64,000 nucleotides of DNA, taken from positions 18,290,001 to 18,354,000 of the forward strand of contig NC_043000.1 in the NCBI RefSeq assembly GCF_006345805.1, given 5' to 3'. Shown here one piece after another: positions 13,700 through 26,469 of this stretch. Within the stretch, counting starts at the first letter, position 1. Every line of letters starts with the position of its first letter. The position numbers and the translations under genes are program-made. The notes below the pieces were generated by a model. The model was not told where the DNA came from and ran no database searches. It saw only the letters and a program-made list of their open reading frames with translations. This DNA comes from Octopus sinensis (Eukaryota).

Positions 13700-13952
13700 C
13701 AACGACCTCGAACCCACAAGAGTAAACAAGAGAGACAGAGACAGGCAGAAACAAGGAAAATGCCACTTGTATTTGAACTCTATACAAATATTCTTATAAA
13801 AAACCTTTTTAATTTTTCTAAATTTGTTTTCCATATATAAGGTTGAAAAAGTCTCAATGACTGAAACCGGTGCTGAAATGTTTTTTATAAAATTATTTTA
13901 GCATTTTCTATCTTGCCTTTTTTTTCCATGTGTGTGTGTGTGTGTATATATA

Positions 13953-14080
13953 CAGGGTGTCCCCCAAAAATGTATACACATAGTGGTTCGGCAAAAGAGA
14001 ACGATAGAATAAGTACTAGGCTTACAAAGAATAACAAATTTACAATTATTTAAGGTGTGTATACATTTTTTGGGGACACC

Positions 14081-14083
<3 letters not shown>
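13953..14083. mobile_element. Tc1/mariner-type MITE (131 bp)
   Basis: 27-bp TIRs cagggtgtcccccaaaaatgtatacac and gtgtatacattttttggggacaccctg, with TA flanks. Confidence 0.85.
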
Positions 14084-14139
<56 letters not shown>

Positions 14140-14984
14140 CTGTTTGAACCATCATATTTAAGACCATGCAGGTGTAAGGCAATCACAGTGCCTCAACGTG
14201 TGTGTGTGTGTGTTTGTGTATACATATCGGTATATGAACTATATTTACGTTTGTTACGGTTTTGTGTGCATTCGTTTCTGATTGTGTGTGTGTGTACACA
14301 GAAAGATCGAGGCGTGTGTGTGTGTGTCGAAGAAGTTGAAGTTAGAATATGTTAAGACATTGAATTCAGTCATTCTTGCACACACATAACAACTACAACA
14401 ACAATTAAAACAATAAATGGTAACTAATTCTGTCGGTATCGGTATTGCTGTTGTTACTGTTATTACATGATTATTGCGAATTATTCATCGGCAGGCTACA
14501 ATTTAGCTGACACATCCAAACAACTTAGCTTTTAGACATTCATCATAGAACCCTTTTTGAAATCCTTTTATTGCATGGTAACTGTCTTGGCAGTAAGGAA
14601 TAAATTAACCTTAGAACAGATCAACATGACACTAGGGAGAGGGTTAAATGATCGAGAAGACCCATCGCCCCATTATCATACATATTTAATATGCAATACA
14701 TGCATACGTACATACATGGGTGAGAGAAAGAGTGTGTGGTGGCCCTTAAGTTTTTTGACATCAAACTTAAGCGCTCAGTAACAGTACAAACATAGCCGAA
14801 TGGTAGAGAAACAATGGAATTAATGAAAATTTAATGTTTATTAACACAAAATGTATTGTTTCCCGTTTATGAACACATAGCTGAGTGTATACATATCTAA
14901 TATGAAAACTAAATACCTTAAGCACACAGAAATGTGTACTTTGCTCTCCGTCTATATCGAGGGCTTTGTTAGAATGCTTAAGGT

Positions 14985-15770
14985 TTATCACACACACACA
15001 CACACACATAGATATGCACACGTACACACATTTATATATATACACACACATATATATTACATACACACACACACATAGATATACACACGCACACACATAT
15101 ATTACATACACACACATATATTACATACACACACACATATAGATATACACACGCACACACATTTATATATGTGTGTATATATACACACATATATTACATA
15201 AACACACACATTTATATATATGTGTGTATATATACACATATTACATACACACACACATTTATATATATATATATACATATATATTACATACACACACACA
15301 CATATATATATATATATTACATACACACACATATTTATATATATATTACATACACACACATATTTATATATATATTACATACACACACATATTTATATAT
15401 ATATTACATACACACACATATTTATATATATATTACATACACACACATATTTATATATATATAACATACACACACACATATTTATATATATATAACATAC
15501 ACACACACATATTTATATATATATAACATACACACACACATATTTATATATATATAACATACACACACACATATTTATATATATATAACATACACACACA
15601 CATATTTATATATATATACATACATATATATTACATACACACACATAGATATACACACGCACACATTTATATATATATATACATAATACATACAAACACA
15701 TACATGTGTATGCATATAAGCACACATATGTTCATGTGTGTGAATATACACGTACATACATACATACATA
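14985..15770. repeat. (CA)/(TA)-derived ~30-bp minisatellite
   Basis: Repeated unit acatacacacacacatatttatatatatatt/a. It explains the His/Ile/Tyr/Thr ORFs here. Confidence 0.9.
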
Positions 15771-15939
15771 AGACACGTGTGTGTATGTGCAGTTGTCTAC
15801 AGTCGACGGGCTGATACAAGTAAAATACCATACAGTTTGTATAAATAAATATATATACACATATATATATGTATGTATGTGTGTGTTGTGAATGAATGTA
15901 TGTACACCAAATAGTTGTCGAAGTTGGAATGTCAGCGAC

Positions 15940-15970
<31 letters not shown>

Positions 15971-16574
15971 AGAATAAAGAGGATATAAAGACGAGAGTAA
16001 ATGAAAAGAACAAGTATAATTAGCAACGTACCTATGTGAACAATTCTGCTGTGTGTTGTCAGCTGTATGAGAGCATTTAGCCTGTAAGTGCCGCTAGTGG
16101 TGGGTTCGTCCTCGGGCTGAAGATTGTGTTTAAGATTTCGTAATTAAAATCATATATGAAAATAAATTAGATGAATGAATAGATAAACAGTTAGGGGTAG
16201 ACAGACAGATAAGCTGCGTACAGAGACAAAACGGGTGGGGAGAGAGAGAGAGAGAGAGTAACAGAAGAAAGTGGGAAGGAAATTAGTAAAGTTGTAAGTT
16301 TTTGATCAGTGCGAGTTTTAAGTTTTCAGTTGTGTCTGTGTGTGTAAGTGTGTGTAGGTGTATAAGTATCTGAAAACTGTGTGTAGAATGTGTTTGTCTA
16401 TATTCCTGAACGTCTCTTGAGATACATAAGTGAATTTTATACACACATCTCCGTTATATATAGTTTGTGTATGTCAGTTCACGTGTCAGAGTCCGCCTGT
16501 GTTACAAGAATATACGAATGTATGATTCGTTGATGCCTTCACACCAAAGCAATTTGTTCATCTGTGCGTTTTGT

Positions 16575-17100
16575 CTCTCTCTCACACACTCTGTCTTTCT
16601 ATCTCTCTCTCTCTCACACACACTCTGTCTTTCTATCTCTCTCTCTCTCACACACACTCTGTCTTTCTATCTCTCTCTCTCTCACACACACTCTGTCTTT
16701 CTATCTCCCCTTCCCTACCTCTCTTTCCCCTCTCTGTCTCTCGCTCTTTCTATATATCTCTCTCTCCCACACTCTGTCTTTCTATCTCTCTCTCACACAC
16801 ACACACACACTGTCTTTCTATCTCTCTCTCTCACACACACTATGTCTTTCTATCTCTCTCTCTCTCTCACACACTCTGTCTTTCTATCTCTCTCTCTCTC
16901 TCACACACTCTGTCTTCTATATCTCTCTCTCTCACACACTCTGTCTTTCTATCTCTCTCTGTCTCACACACTCTGTCTTTCTATCTCTCTCTCTCTCACA
17001 CACTCTGTCTTTCTGTCTCTCTCTCTCACACACTCTGTCTTTCTATCTCCCCTTCCCTACCTCTCTTTCCCCCCACTCTGTCTCTCGCTCTTTCTATATA
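16575..17100. repeat. CT/CA-rich ~35-bp minisatellite
   Basis: Unit cacacactctgtctttctatctctctctctct; a larger block is duplicated at about 16690-16755 and 17035-17100. Confidence 0.9.
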
Positions 17101-17684
17101 TGCGTATATGTGCGTGTACGTCTATATATATATATATGTGTGTGTGCGTGCGTGTGTATATATATATCTATATCTATGTGTGTGTGTGTGTGCGTGTGTA
17201 TATATATCTATATCTATGTGTGCGTGTGTGCGTGTGTATGTATATCTATATCTATATCTATGTGTGTGTGTTTGCAAGTTTAGGTATGTATGCGTGTATG
17301 TTGAACATAAGCATATAAGGCGGCGGCGGTGGGGCGGGTGTATTCAGTTTCAATCTGATGACGCCCTTGTAGACCTGCGAAGGGAGACAACCCCAGTCTG
17401 TGCTGGGTGACAATGCCAGGTTTGACGCGGGAGGGGTCAGGCTTAATGGATACAAACTTTATTTACTGCCACAGCCTCACAAACATAACTACTATTATCA
17501 CTATTATTATCATTGCTGCTGCCACAATCACTGCTGTTATGTAACCACTGCTAGTTCTACTGTTACTGCTTTGTATTTATATCATCACTTCTACTGCGAC
17601 ACTGCTGCTATTATAACTTCTACTAATACTAATAATAATTCCTATCATAGGTTCAAGGTTGGGAATTTGGAAAGAGGGAGAAGT

Positions 17685-18322
17685 AAAGTCGATGAAATCA
17701 ATCCAATACTTGACAAAAATTTCATTTTATTGAACCCGGAAGGTTTAAAGGCAACGGTAGCCTTGGCTGGATTTGAGCTCAGATCGTAGAGACATAACTG
17801 AATACTACACGGCATGCTAGAAATAATAGTCATGTTCCCCCTCCAAAGTCGATGAAATCAATCCAATACTTGACAAAAATTTCATTTTATTGAATCCGGA
17901 AGGTTTAAAGGCAACGGTAGCCTTGGCTGGATTTGAGCTCAGATCGTAGAGACATAACTAAATACTACACGGCATGCTAGAAATAATAGTCATGTTCCCC
18001 CTCCAAAGTCGATGAAATCAATCCAATACTTGACAAATTTTTCATTTTATTGAACCCGGAAGGTTTAAAGGCAACGGTAGCCTTGGCTGGATTTGAGCTC
18101 AGATCGTAGAGACATAACTGAATACTACACGGCATGCTAGAAATAATAGTCATGTTCCCCCTCCAAAGTCGATGAAATCAATCCAATACTTGACAAATTT
18201 TTCATTTTATTGAACCCGGAAGGTTTAAAGGCAACGGTAGCCTTGGCTGGATTTGAGCTCAGATCGTAGAGACATAACTAAATACTACACGGTATGCTAG
18301 AAATAATAGTCATGTTCCCCCT
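17685..18322. repeat. Tandem array of four 160-bp units derived from a decayed SINE B
   Basis: Units start at 17685, 17845, 18005 and 18165 and differ at only a few positions. Confidence 0.95.
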
Positions 18323-19062
18323 AAAGGCTTACCCTACCATCTGAAAAAGAAAAAAAAAAAAAAAGAAACATTGATAATTTAATTATGGATATATTGCATT
18401 ATCTGAACATAAGATAGGATGGTCATGCCTGGAGGTATTGATCATAATTTACTTGATCAGAGCTAATTAGGGGCTCTGAACAACAACCAAATACCGCTGC
18501 CATCCACTGCTTTTGTCATAATTATGTTGATATTCTTTAGCCCGAGGTCAGCTTTTGTTCAACAGACAAAAGCGATCAAAGTGTTTCAGATGTAACTGTA
18601 CCGGCTTTTTCCCCCTTTTTCTTGTTGGTGGAGATAGTATTTATGGGACTACGTTATCCAATATGTTCTTCCATTTGTAATGATGGAAAGTATTGGTTGA
18701 AGGAGATTTGACTGCTATTTCTAGCAGATCGTTTGACTACTTGGAAGCTCTCTTGTTGGTTCGTAACGCTGCTTTCAAAAATTGGCATAAGAGGAAAAGT
18801 AAAGTGTTCTATTATATAATTCCATTTATATTTAGGATGCAATGTAGAAATATAATCGACTCAGGGCTTCCTTGGTATTTTATGTTATCGACCTCGGAAG
18901 AATTAATAGTTAGGTTGACGTTTGTATGATTTGAACTCGAAACGTGGAGGATCGTGACTAAATACACCAGGTATTCGACAGTGTAACAATTTTTATTATT
19001 TTTGATATCGAAGTGTGTGAATTCCAGAAAAGGCTTTTAGTTGTATATACGCCCAGGTTTCT

Positions 19063-19480
19063 TATTTCTTTATTGCCCACAAGGGGCTAAACATAGAGGG
19101 GACAAACAAGGACAGACAAACGGATTAAGTCGATTATATCGACACCAGTGCGTAATTGGTACTTAATTTATCAACCCCGAAAGGATGAAAGGCAAAGTCA
19201 ACCTCGGCGGAATTTGAACTCGGAACGTAACGGCAGACGAAATACCTATTTCTTTACTACCCACAAGGGGCTAAACACAGAGGGGACAAACAAGGACAGA
19301 CAAATGGATTAAGTCGATTACATCGACCCCAGTATTCATCAGATACTTAATTTATCGACCCCGAAAGGATGAAAGGCAAAGTAGACCTCGGCAGAATTTG
19401 AACTCAGAACGTAACGGCAGACGAAATACTGCTAAGCATTTCGCCCGGCGTGCTAACGTTTCTGCCAGCTCACAGCCTTT
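19063..19480 (-). mobile_element. Dimeric SINE B (long-tail variant) with 17-bp TSD
   Basis: TSD tatacgcccaggtttct at 19046-19062 and 19481-19497; internal junction gacgaaatac|ctatttctttactac. Confidence 0.9.
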
Positions 19481-20100
19481 TATACGCCCAGGTTTCTGCA
19501 CAGTTTCCCTCTCCAAATTCCATTGAAGGTTTAAGAAAAAAGAATTTTTTTTACTTGCTGCTTCTGAAAGAGGTAGTTGTGCCCATGATTCTTGCATTTC
19601 TTCTGAGACCCGTGAACTTGATGCAGTTATTGTTCCGTTTTAACTGTCGCGGGTCAACACCTCTAAGGGGAAGATTCCAGAAGGCGATGTTCTCGAAATG
19701 AAGTATTGACCGTAATGGTTACAGTGGGATCGAAGTAGAAGCAACAAGCAGGGCCAGATTAAGACCCATAGAGGCCCTAAGCACTTGAAAGATTTTGATG
19801 CTCTCATATATATGTAATTAAAAATATAAACAATAAGAAACCATAAAATAAATTTTTATTTCTCAAAATGAAACAAATCTAACTGTAAGATGGAAAATAA
19901 TGTTTATTTTTGTATACTTCCACTTTATTTATATTTGAAAAGTTTTCTTCTTGTTTTAATTGCAAATTCTTTGGTCAGATCCTCACTATGATACCATGAA
20001 CACTTCGAAATTATATTTCCGATCATATAAACCACTTTGAATAATACTTTTAGTATGTTTAAAGTGATTTAATTTGTGCCGTTAACCATTTACCATTTCT

Positions 20101-20517
20101 TATTTCTTTATTGCCCACAAGGGACTACACACAGAGGGGACAAACAAGGACAGACAAAGGGATTAAGTCGATTATATCGAACCCAGTGTGTAACTGGTAC
20201 TTATTTAATCGACCCCGAAAGGATGAAAGGCAAAGTCGACCTCGGCAGAATTTGAACTCAGAACGTAGCGGCAGACGAAATACCTATTTCTTTACTACCG
20301 ACAAGGGGCTAAACACAGAGAGGACAAACAAGGACAGACAAACGGATTAAGTCGATTACATCGACCCCAGTGCGTAACTGGTACTTAATTTATCGACCCC
20401 GAAAGGATGAAAGGCAAAGTCGACCTTGGCGGAATTTGAACTCAGAACGTAGTGGCAGACGAAATACCGCTAAGCATTTCGCCCGGTGTGCTAACGTTTC
20501 TGCCAGCTCACAGCCTT
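20101..20517 (-). mobile_element. Dimeric SINE B, second copy
   Basis: Same dimer junction as 19063-19480; short TSD ccatttct. Confidence 0.85.
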
Positions 20518-20559
20518 ATCCCATTTCTATGGTGCTTCCCTTCTCTTGATGTCCTAAGC

Positions 20560-21340
20560 ACGTGCTTATTTTGTCTAATGGTTAAATACAGTGCTGGCAA
20601 TAAGACTGACGCGAGGCGGAGAGATATGTGGGTCGGGGATACCCGAGTAGTCGAAGTGCGAGGCCAGCCGGCTCTGAGGATCAGTAGCCATATATAGTAG
20701 CGATAGAAAGGGGACAGAGAGAGAGAGAGAGAGAGAAATTGGAGCGTGTGTATTAGTGACTGAATGCCAATTAGTCTAATGACTTTTCTCTGGGCGCGAT
20801 CTAGGATATCTTGGAGCTTAGCAGCAACACCGTCATAGATGTGGTTGCAGTACTTTATTGCAACCTTTAGCTTTTGGTTTATCTATATAGTCTTTAACTG
20901 TGGAGGCGCAATGGCCCAGTGGTTAGGGCAGCGGACTCGCGGTCATGGGATCGCGGTTTCGATTCCCAGACCGGGCGTTGTGAGTGTTTATTGAGCGAAA
21001 ACACCTAAAAGCTCCACGAGGCTCCGGCAGGGGATGGTGGTGATCCCTGCTGTACTCTTTCACCACAACTTTCTCTCACTCTTCCTGTTTCTGTGGTATC
21101 TGTATTTCAAGGGGCCGGCCTTGTCACTCTCTGTGTCACGCTGAATATCCCCCGAGAACTACGTGTCTGTGGAGTGCTCAGCCACTTACACGTTAATTTC
21201 ACGAGCAGGCTGTTCCGTTGATTCGGATCAACCGGAACCCTCATCGTCGTAACCGACGGAGTGCTTCCATTCCATAGTCTTTAACTGCTGCCTCCTCCCT
21301 GGAGCTCTAGCATGACGTGGCGGAGAGGCTTGCGTTCCTG
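20560..21340 (-). pseudogene. Decayed CR1/L2-group (Crack/Daphne-like) LINE ORF2 C-terminal fragment, split by SINE C
   Basis: The minus strand reads QQLKTI..IKYCNHIYDGVAAKLQDILDRAQRK.IRLIG..FYRYY.GY*SSEPAG, resembling the LEYCSHIW..LDRIQRRAIRLI..LFYRYY.G.CSSEL block of that group. Confidence 0.55.
20901..21273 (+). mobile_element. SINE family C with 14-bp TSD
   Basis: TSD atagtctttaactg at 20887-20900 and 21274-21287. Confidence 0.92.
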
Positions 21341-21619
21341 TGATCTCGAGAACAATGCTAATAGGAGCATCCTGCAGTTAGCTGTATTACTGAAAACGGC
21401 AAAGACGTTGGTGATCTTCCAGACTAAATATGATTCATCATTCCAAGTCCTCAATAGCAGATAAGACAGAAGATGTGAAATAATTCACACAGCGGTTGGA
21501 AAAGCGAAAGCTGACTGCCGGATGCCGGATATCCATAAGTTCCAATCGTGTTGAATTACTTTCTCATTGGAAACTAATGAAAATCTGTTAAGGACAGTAT
21601 ATTTAATGATGTACTGGGA

Positions 21620-21992
21620 TGGGAAGCACTCCGTCGGTTACGACGACGAGGGTTCCGGTTGATCCGATCAACGGAACAGCTTGCTCGTGAAATTAACGTG
21701 TAAGTGGCTGAGCACTCCACAGACACGTGCACCCTTAACGTAGTTCTCGGGGATATTCAGCGTGACACAGAGAGTGACAAGGCCGGCCCCTTGAAATACA
21801 GGTACAACAGAAACAGGAAGTAAGAGTGAGAGAAAGTTGTGGTGAAAGAGTACAGCAGGGATCACCACCATCCCCTGCCGGAGCTTTAGGTGTTTTCGCT
21901 CAATAAACACTCACAACGCCCGGTCTGGGAATCGAAACCGCGATCCTACGACCGCGAGTCCGCTGCCCTAACCACTGGGCCATTGCGCCTCC
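21620..21992 (-). mobile_element. SINE family C
   Basis: Full-length reverse-complement copy. Confidence 0.9.
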
Positions 21993-22005
21993 GTGTACGC
22001 AAGTA

Positions 22006-22567
22006 CGAGGGTGAGTCAAAAAGTAATGCCATTTTGTTTAGGACAGGTATAATTACCAACACAGGAACATGTATCATACATCAAAATGAAGCTGGTCCTC
22101 GATCACATTCCTACTCCTCAACATAGTCACGCTTTCTCTCAATAGTAATTTTCCACTTTCGAATGAGAGCATATATCCCTGCCCCGTAAAATTCTGTTAA
22201 CTGTTCTTTGAGCCACTTCTTCACTACAGTTTCCAATTCCTCATCATTGGACTATCATCGTCACTGGACTATCATCTCTTCAGCCCCATGAAAGAGGGTT
22301 TGAGAGGAAAACATTATTCCAGTGACGAGGAAGTGGAAACTGTAGTGAAGAAGTGGCTCGAAGAATAGTCAACAGAATTTTACGGGGCAGGGATACATGC
22401 TCTCATTCGACGGTGGAACATTACTATTTAGAGAAAGTGTGGCTATGTTGAGGAGTAGGGATGTGATCCACAGAGGAACAGCTTCATTTTGATGTATGAT
22501 ACACGTTCCTGTGTTGGTAATTATACCTGTTCTAAACAAAATGGCATTACTTTTTGACTCACCCTCG
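22006..22567. mobile_element. Palindromic mariner-derived MITE (562 bp, ~245-bp arms, TA TSD)
   Basis: Ends ta|cgagggtgagtcaaaaagtaatgcc and ggcattactttttgactcaccctcg|ta. The right part encodes DYHLFSPMKEGLRGKHYSSDEEVETVVKKWL..FYGAGIHALIRRW, a mariner C-terminus. Confidence 0.92.
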
Positions 22568-23769
22568 TAATTTTCTCCGACATCCTACTATTTCTGCTAT
22601 ATTGTGGGGTTTTATGCCATATTTTGGTGGCATAAAAGATTCGCGAGCATTCTAGACGCACCCAGTTTTAGCAGCGCATATTCAGGAAAAAATGTATGTG
22701 TTATAGACTTAACTTCGCATGCAGGACTTGTGATTTTTGAGACATTTTGGGAGTGGGTTGGAATGAGTCTTATATGGCATGCTATCAAATTCAGTATTTA
22801 TTATTTTTAATTTTGCTTCAAGTAGAGGGCATCGCCCTTAATCCATAAAGTTGTTTAACCCCAGGTCAACCCTGAATGAACAGATCTATGATCAAAGGCA
22901 TTCTATCCATGATCATCCCGCTTTAGTATATCTAAGATTGCTTTGTGCCATAACCGATGAAGTCGTTGTTGTTTAGCTCCGAGTTAACCCTGAATAATCA
23001 GATGTATGATCAAAGCCATTCTAGCCATAATCGTTCCGCTTTTAGCATATCTAAGACTACATTGTCCAAACTGTTGATTTTTTAAAAATACAATACAGTG
23101 TAATTTGAGCAGATTGTGCGAGCATGTAGAATCTCTATCGCTGGCTTGTAGATCATAGAGTGTCGACTTATGAAATAAGAAACTTATATAAATAACAATA
23201 TGTTACTGTTTTGTTATTATTTAGCTTCTTGTGAGCTCTAAGTGAGTACATTTAAGATAAGAAAAATTACAGCAGGGCCATCCTGTATTGTTTACATACA
23301 TTGTATCTAGGACTGCCTTATCTAATACTGCAACGTTGGCTCATGACAAGTTCTGAAAGTTGAATGTTCAAAATGGTTTGGTACGGGTAGAGAGAGTAAA
23401 GACGCGAAGAAAGGAAATACGGGATAGACAGAGTGCAAAGAGGTATTCTGTAACTGGTATGTTCAAAGAGAAAAGGCAAATTGATATAGAAACAATTTTT
23501 GTTGGGCAGGAAAGTAGATACGTTATTAATTTTGTAATCTGCAGTCTAAGAAGAAAAAGGGTCTGTACTGACATGTTCTTGGTTTAACCCATCTCACAAA
23601 ATCTGAATGCATTTACTGTAACTGGAAAGAGCATCCTTTATAGTATAAAGTGCAAATGTACTATAATTTTACTCGCTATATTTCATAATTTCAGATCCTT
23701 AACTTAAACACATCTCCATTTTGAGTGTAGAATTTTCATATGTTAGACTTGGAACTATCACGAAATACC

Positions 23770-24287
23770 TGTCCCTGCAGTCAACTGGATATGTCATGGT
23801 TTGTAGAATAAAGACGACATTTTGTTGACAATCCTCAGAAGGGCCTATCAGTGAATGCAGAATATTTGCCTAAAGTGCTGTGCCAATTAAAGAAGGCACT
23901 GAAAGAAAACTGCAGAAACCTGATCTCTTTTGACAGAACAGTGCTACTGTTCTCCGGGCTAGGAAAACAACATTAAATCTTTTTCAGTTATTGAAGCTAC
24001 GAACACTAAAACTGTAAAAACCTATACCATCCATCTATCCTACTTACTAAATCTAATTCCGTCGGCCTATTTTCTATTCCCAAATCTTAAAATAAATTTC
24101 AAAACGAAGCTATAGCAGAATGGTATTTCAGTGACCATTAATATGATTTTTCAGGAGAAGGCTTACAGAAGCTTGTGAGGCGAACTGTTGAGTGTATTGA
24201 AGTGTGGGGTGAATACGTGGAATATAACAGAAGTTTTGTGGCTATTCCCTTTGTTTTGGGTTTATAACTTTTGAACATCCCCTCGTA
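23770..24287 (+). pseudogene. Mariner (DD34D) transposase 3' remnant with right TIR
   Basis: Frameshifted QSTGYVM..NKDDILL..KGLSVNAEYL..VLCQLKKALKE..HPS.YLLNLIPSAYFLFPNLK..GLQKLVRRTVECIEVWGEYVE; ends aacttttgaacatcccctcgta. Confidence 0.75.
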
Positions 24288-24604
24288 TATTGCCTGAGTA
24301 TCCACACGTCTGTCCCCACTATTGTGCCTTTTCTTCACGTAGTTGTTTACATGTCTATGTTCTACACGACCATACATCATTATAACTGTGTGATCAGATG
24401 TTTGTGTGTCCACGTGACTGTCTCCATGTTTGTGCAACGACGTGTGTATGCTTCCACAAATCTATGTTTCAGTATGATTGCATGACCAAAAGTTTGCGTT
24501 TCCACATGATGATGCGTTAGTAAAACTGTATGATAACATATCTATGTGTTCCCTGACAGTTTTTCCATGCGACTTCTATTAATGACAATTATAATCCAGT
24601 AAAA

Positions 24605-24835
24605 GCAGTGAGTTGGCAGAATCGTTAGCACACCGCACAAAATGCTTAGTGGTATTTCGTCTGCCGTTACGTTCTGAGTTCAAATCCCGCCGAGGTCGAC
24701 TTTGCCTTTCATCCTTTCGGGGTCGATTAAATAAGTACCAGCTACGCACTAGGGTCGATATAATCAACTTAACCCCTTTGTCTGTACTTGTTTGTCCCCT
24801 CTATGTTTAGCCCCTTGTGGGTAATAAAGAAATAA
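24605..24835 (+). mobile_element. SINE family B, long-tail variant
   Basis: Head gagttggcagaatcgttagc through tail ccccttgtgggtaataaagaaataag. Confidence 0.85.
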
Positions 24836-24942
24836 GAATCGTTAGCACGCCGGGCAAAATGCTTAGCAGTATTTCACCCATCTGTATGTTCTGAGGTCGA
24901 CTTTGCTTTCATCCTTCCGGAGTCGATAAAATAAGTACCAGA

Positions 24943-25320
24943 CACTAGCGTAGCTGGGGGAGGGGAGACGTAGGGGCAGTCCGTCCCAAGCAGCACTTTT
25001 AAGGGGCGGTAGGCTGGGAGAAATGCTTAGCGGTATTTCGTCTGCTGCCACGTTCTGAGTTCAAATTCCGCCGAGGTCGACTTTGCCTTTCATCCTTTTG
25101 GGGTCGATTAAATAAGTACAAGTTACGCACTGGGGTCGATATAATCGACTTAATCCCTTTGTCTGTCCTTGTTTGTCCTCTCTGTGTTTAGCCCCTTGTG
25201 GGTAGTAAAGAAATAGGTACTTTTAGGTCTGCTATAGGCAATGTGCTTTTTTTCTGTGGGGTCCGGGGACGGCAAACGGAAGGGCCGCCCCGGGCGGTAC
25301 ACACTCTACCTACGCTAGTG
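24943..25320. mobile_element. Putative PIF/Harbinger-like MITE containing a SINE B (25018-25215)
   Basis: 11-bp TIR cactagcgtag / ctacgctagtg with GC-rich subterminal blocks; inserted into a SINE B fragment. Confidence 0.5.
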
Positions 25321-25980
25321 GTATCATTGAGAACTGGGGTCAATGTAATCGGTTTAGCTCCACCCCAAAACTGACTGGCCTTGTACCAAAATTTGAAACC
25401 AAACCAGCAATACGGTAAATTAATTGTTGATGTCACATGTCGATAAGAATCGCCAGAAAACAGTCACACATAAGTCTTGTCTGTCATTATACCTATAATA
25501 TGGAAAAGTGTCTTGCTTTAGGGAAAGATAATATTTGTAAGAAAGAAGCATTTTCAACCTGTCTACCAGACTTCTAGGATAGAATTTAAGAAAGCGTCCG
25601 AAGTTTATGCTGATACAAGTCGTGACCAGGAGTCGAAGTTATGTCTCTAACATCGGGATCAGTGATTCCAACTCACTGATCTCCATTAAATTAAACAATA
25701 TTGAAGTACAGATGCAAGAAAACACTGGTAGCAATGTTATTTTCGTCTCAAGGAACGTCTGAATGAAAGTAAGCTTTTGCAATACCAACCGCAAACAATT
25801 CAACAGGGTTTTTTTTATCAAACTGTTGGGATAGTTTCGAGAACTATTTATGTTAGGAATGGGATTCCACATATAAGGGTTTCCAATAATGCTGCAAAGT
25901 TCTGCGACGAGACATTGTTAAAATGGCTTAAGAAGATAAGCTGCAAATCTTTTAAGCTGTAGCGTACCCTTACTGAAATT

Positions 25981-26037
<57 letters not shown>

Positions 26038-26040
26038 ATA

Positions 26041-26434
26041 TCTTTATATATAAAAGTGAGGTTGTGTGCTGTCTGTCTCTTACGATTTAGATTCCTAACT
26101 ACTCCCACATTTTGCGGTGCAGTTTAACCAAAACCGGGTATCTTATAGTCGTGATTCATATCGAGCCCTTCTGGGTATTAGCGCGCGTCTACGATGAGTC
26201 TACGATTAAAAAAAAAATTTACCATCAATTTTTCCCATTCTTAATGCATTGTTGGCATATATAAGGCAAGTAACTCTCTAAAAATTTATTATTAAATCTC
26301 AGAACGTAAAAAGCTACAGTAACACTCCCCTTGTGGTTAGCCATATTGAGATGGCTATTATACTTTACATCTCTAAAAATGCTTATATAGTTATTTCCCT
26401 TACAAACCCGAGCAACGCCGGGCGATACTGCTAG
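26041..26434 (+). mobile_element. Non-autonomous Helitron
   Basis: a|TCTTTATATATAAAAG at the 5' end, subterminal hairpin cccgagcaacgccggg, CTAG|t at the 3' end; second copy at 55257-55654. Confidence 0.9.
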
Positions 26435-26469
26435 TATAACATAAATACGGACGTAGCAGATAAGAACTA

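Noticed and set aside
14767-16026. Many YI/HT/CV-rich ORFs
   Set aside because: Dinucleotide-repeat artefacts. The same applies to similar ORFs at 8543, 27828, 28522, 38847, 42345, 50906 and 63077.
16467-17410. 239-283 aa Ser/Leu/His ORFs
   Set aside because: Translations of a CT/CA minisatellite.
17352-17415. CTGATGAcgccctt...aagggagacaacccc
   Set aside because: Stem II is plausible, but GAAA is absent, H17 would be G and there is no stem I; at best a very decayed relic.
17685-18322. CRISPR-like appearance of regular repeats (also 32274-32650 and 58556-59469)
   Set aside because: The units are contiguous with no unique spacers, the context is eukaryotic, and there are no cas genes.
20575-20690. 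CpG-rich minus-strand mini-ORF MATDPQSRLASHFDYSG as a possible first exon
   Set aside because: An alternative frame continues the CR1/L2-group LINE fragment, which explains the sequence.
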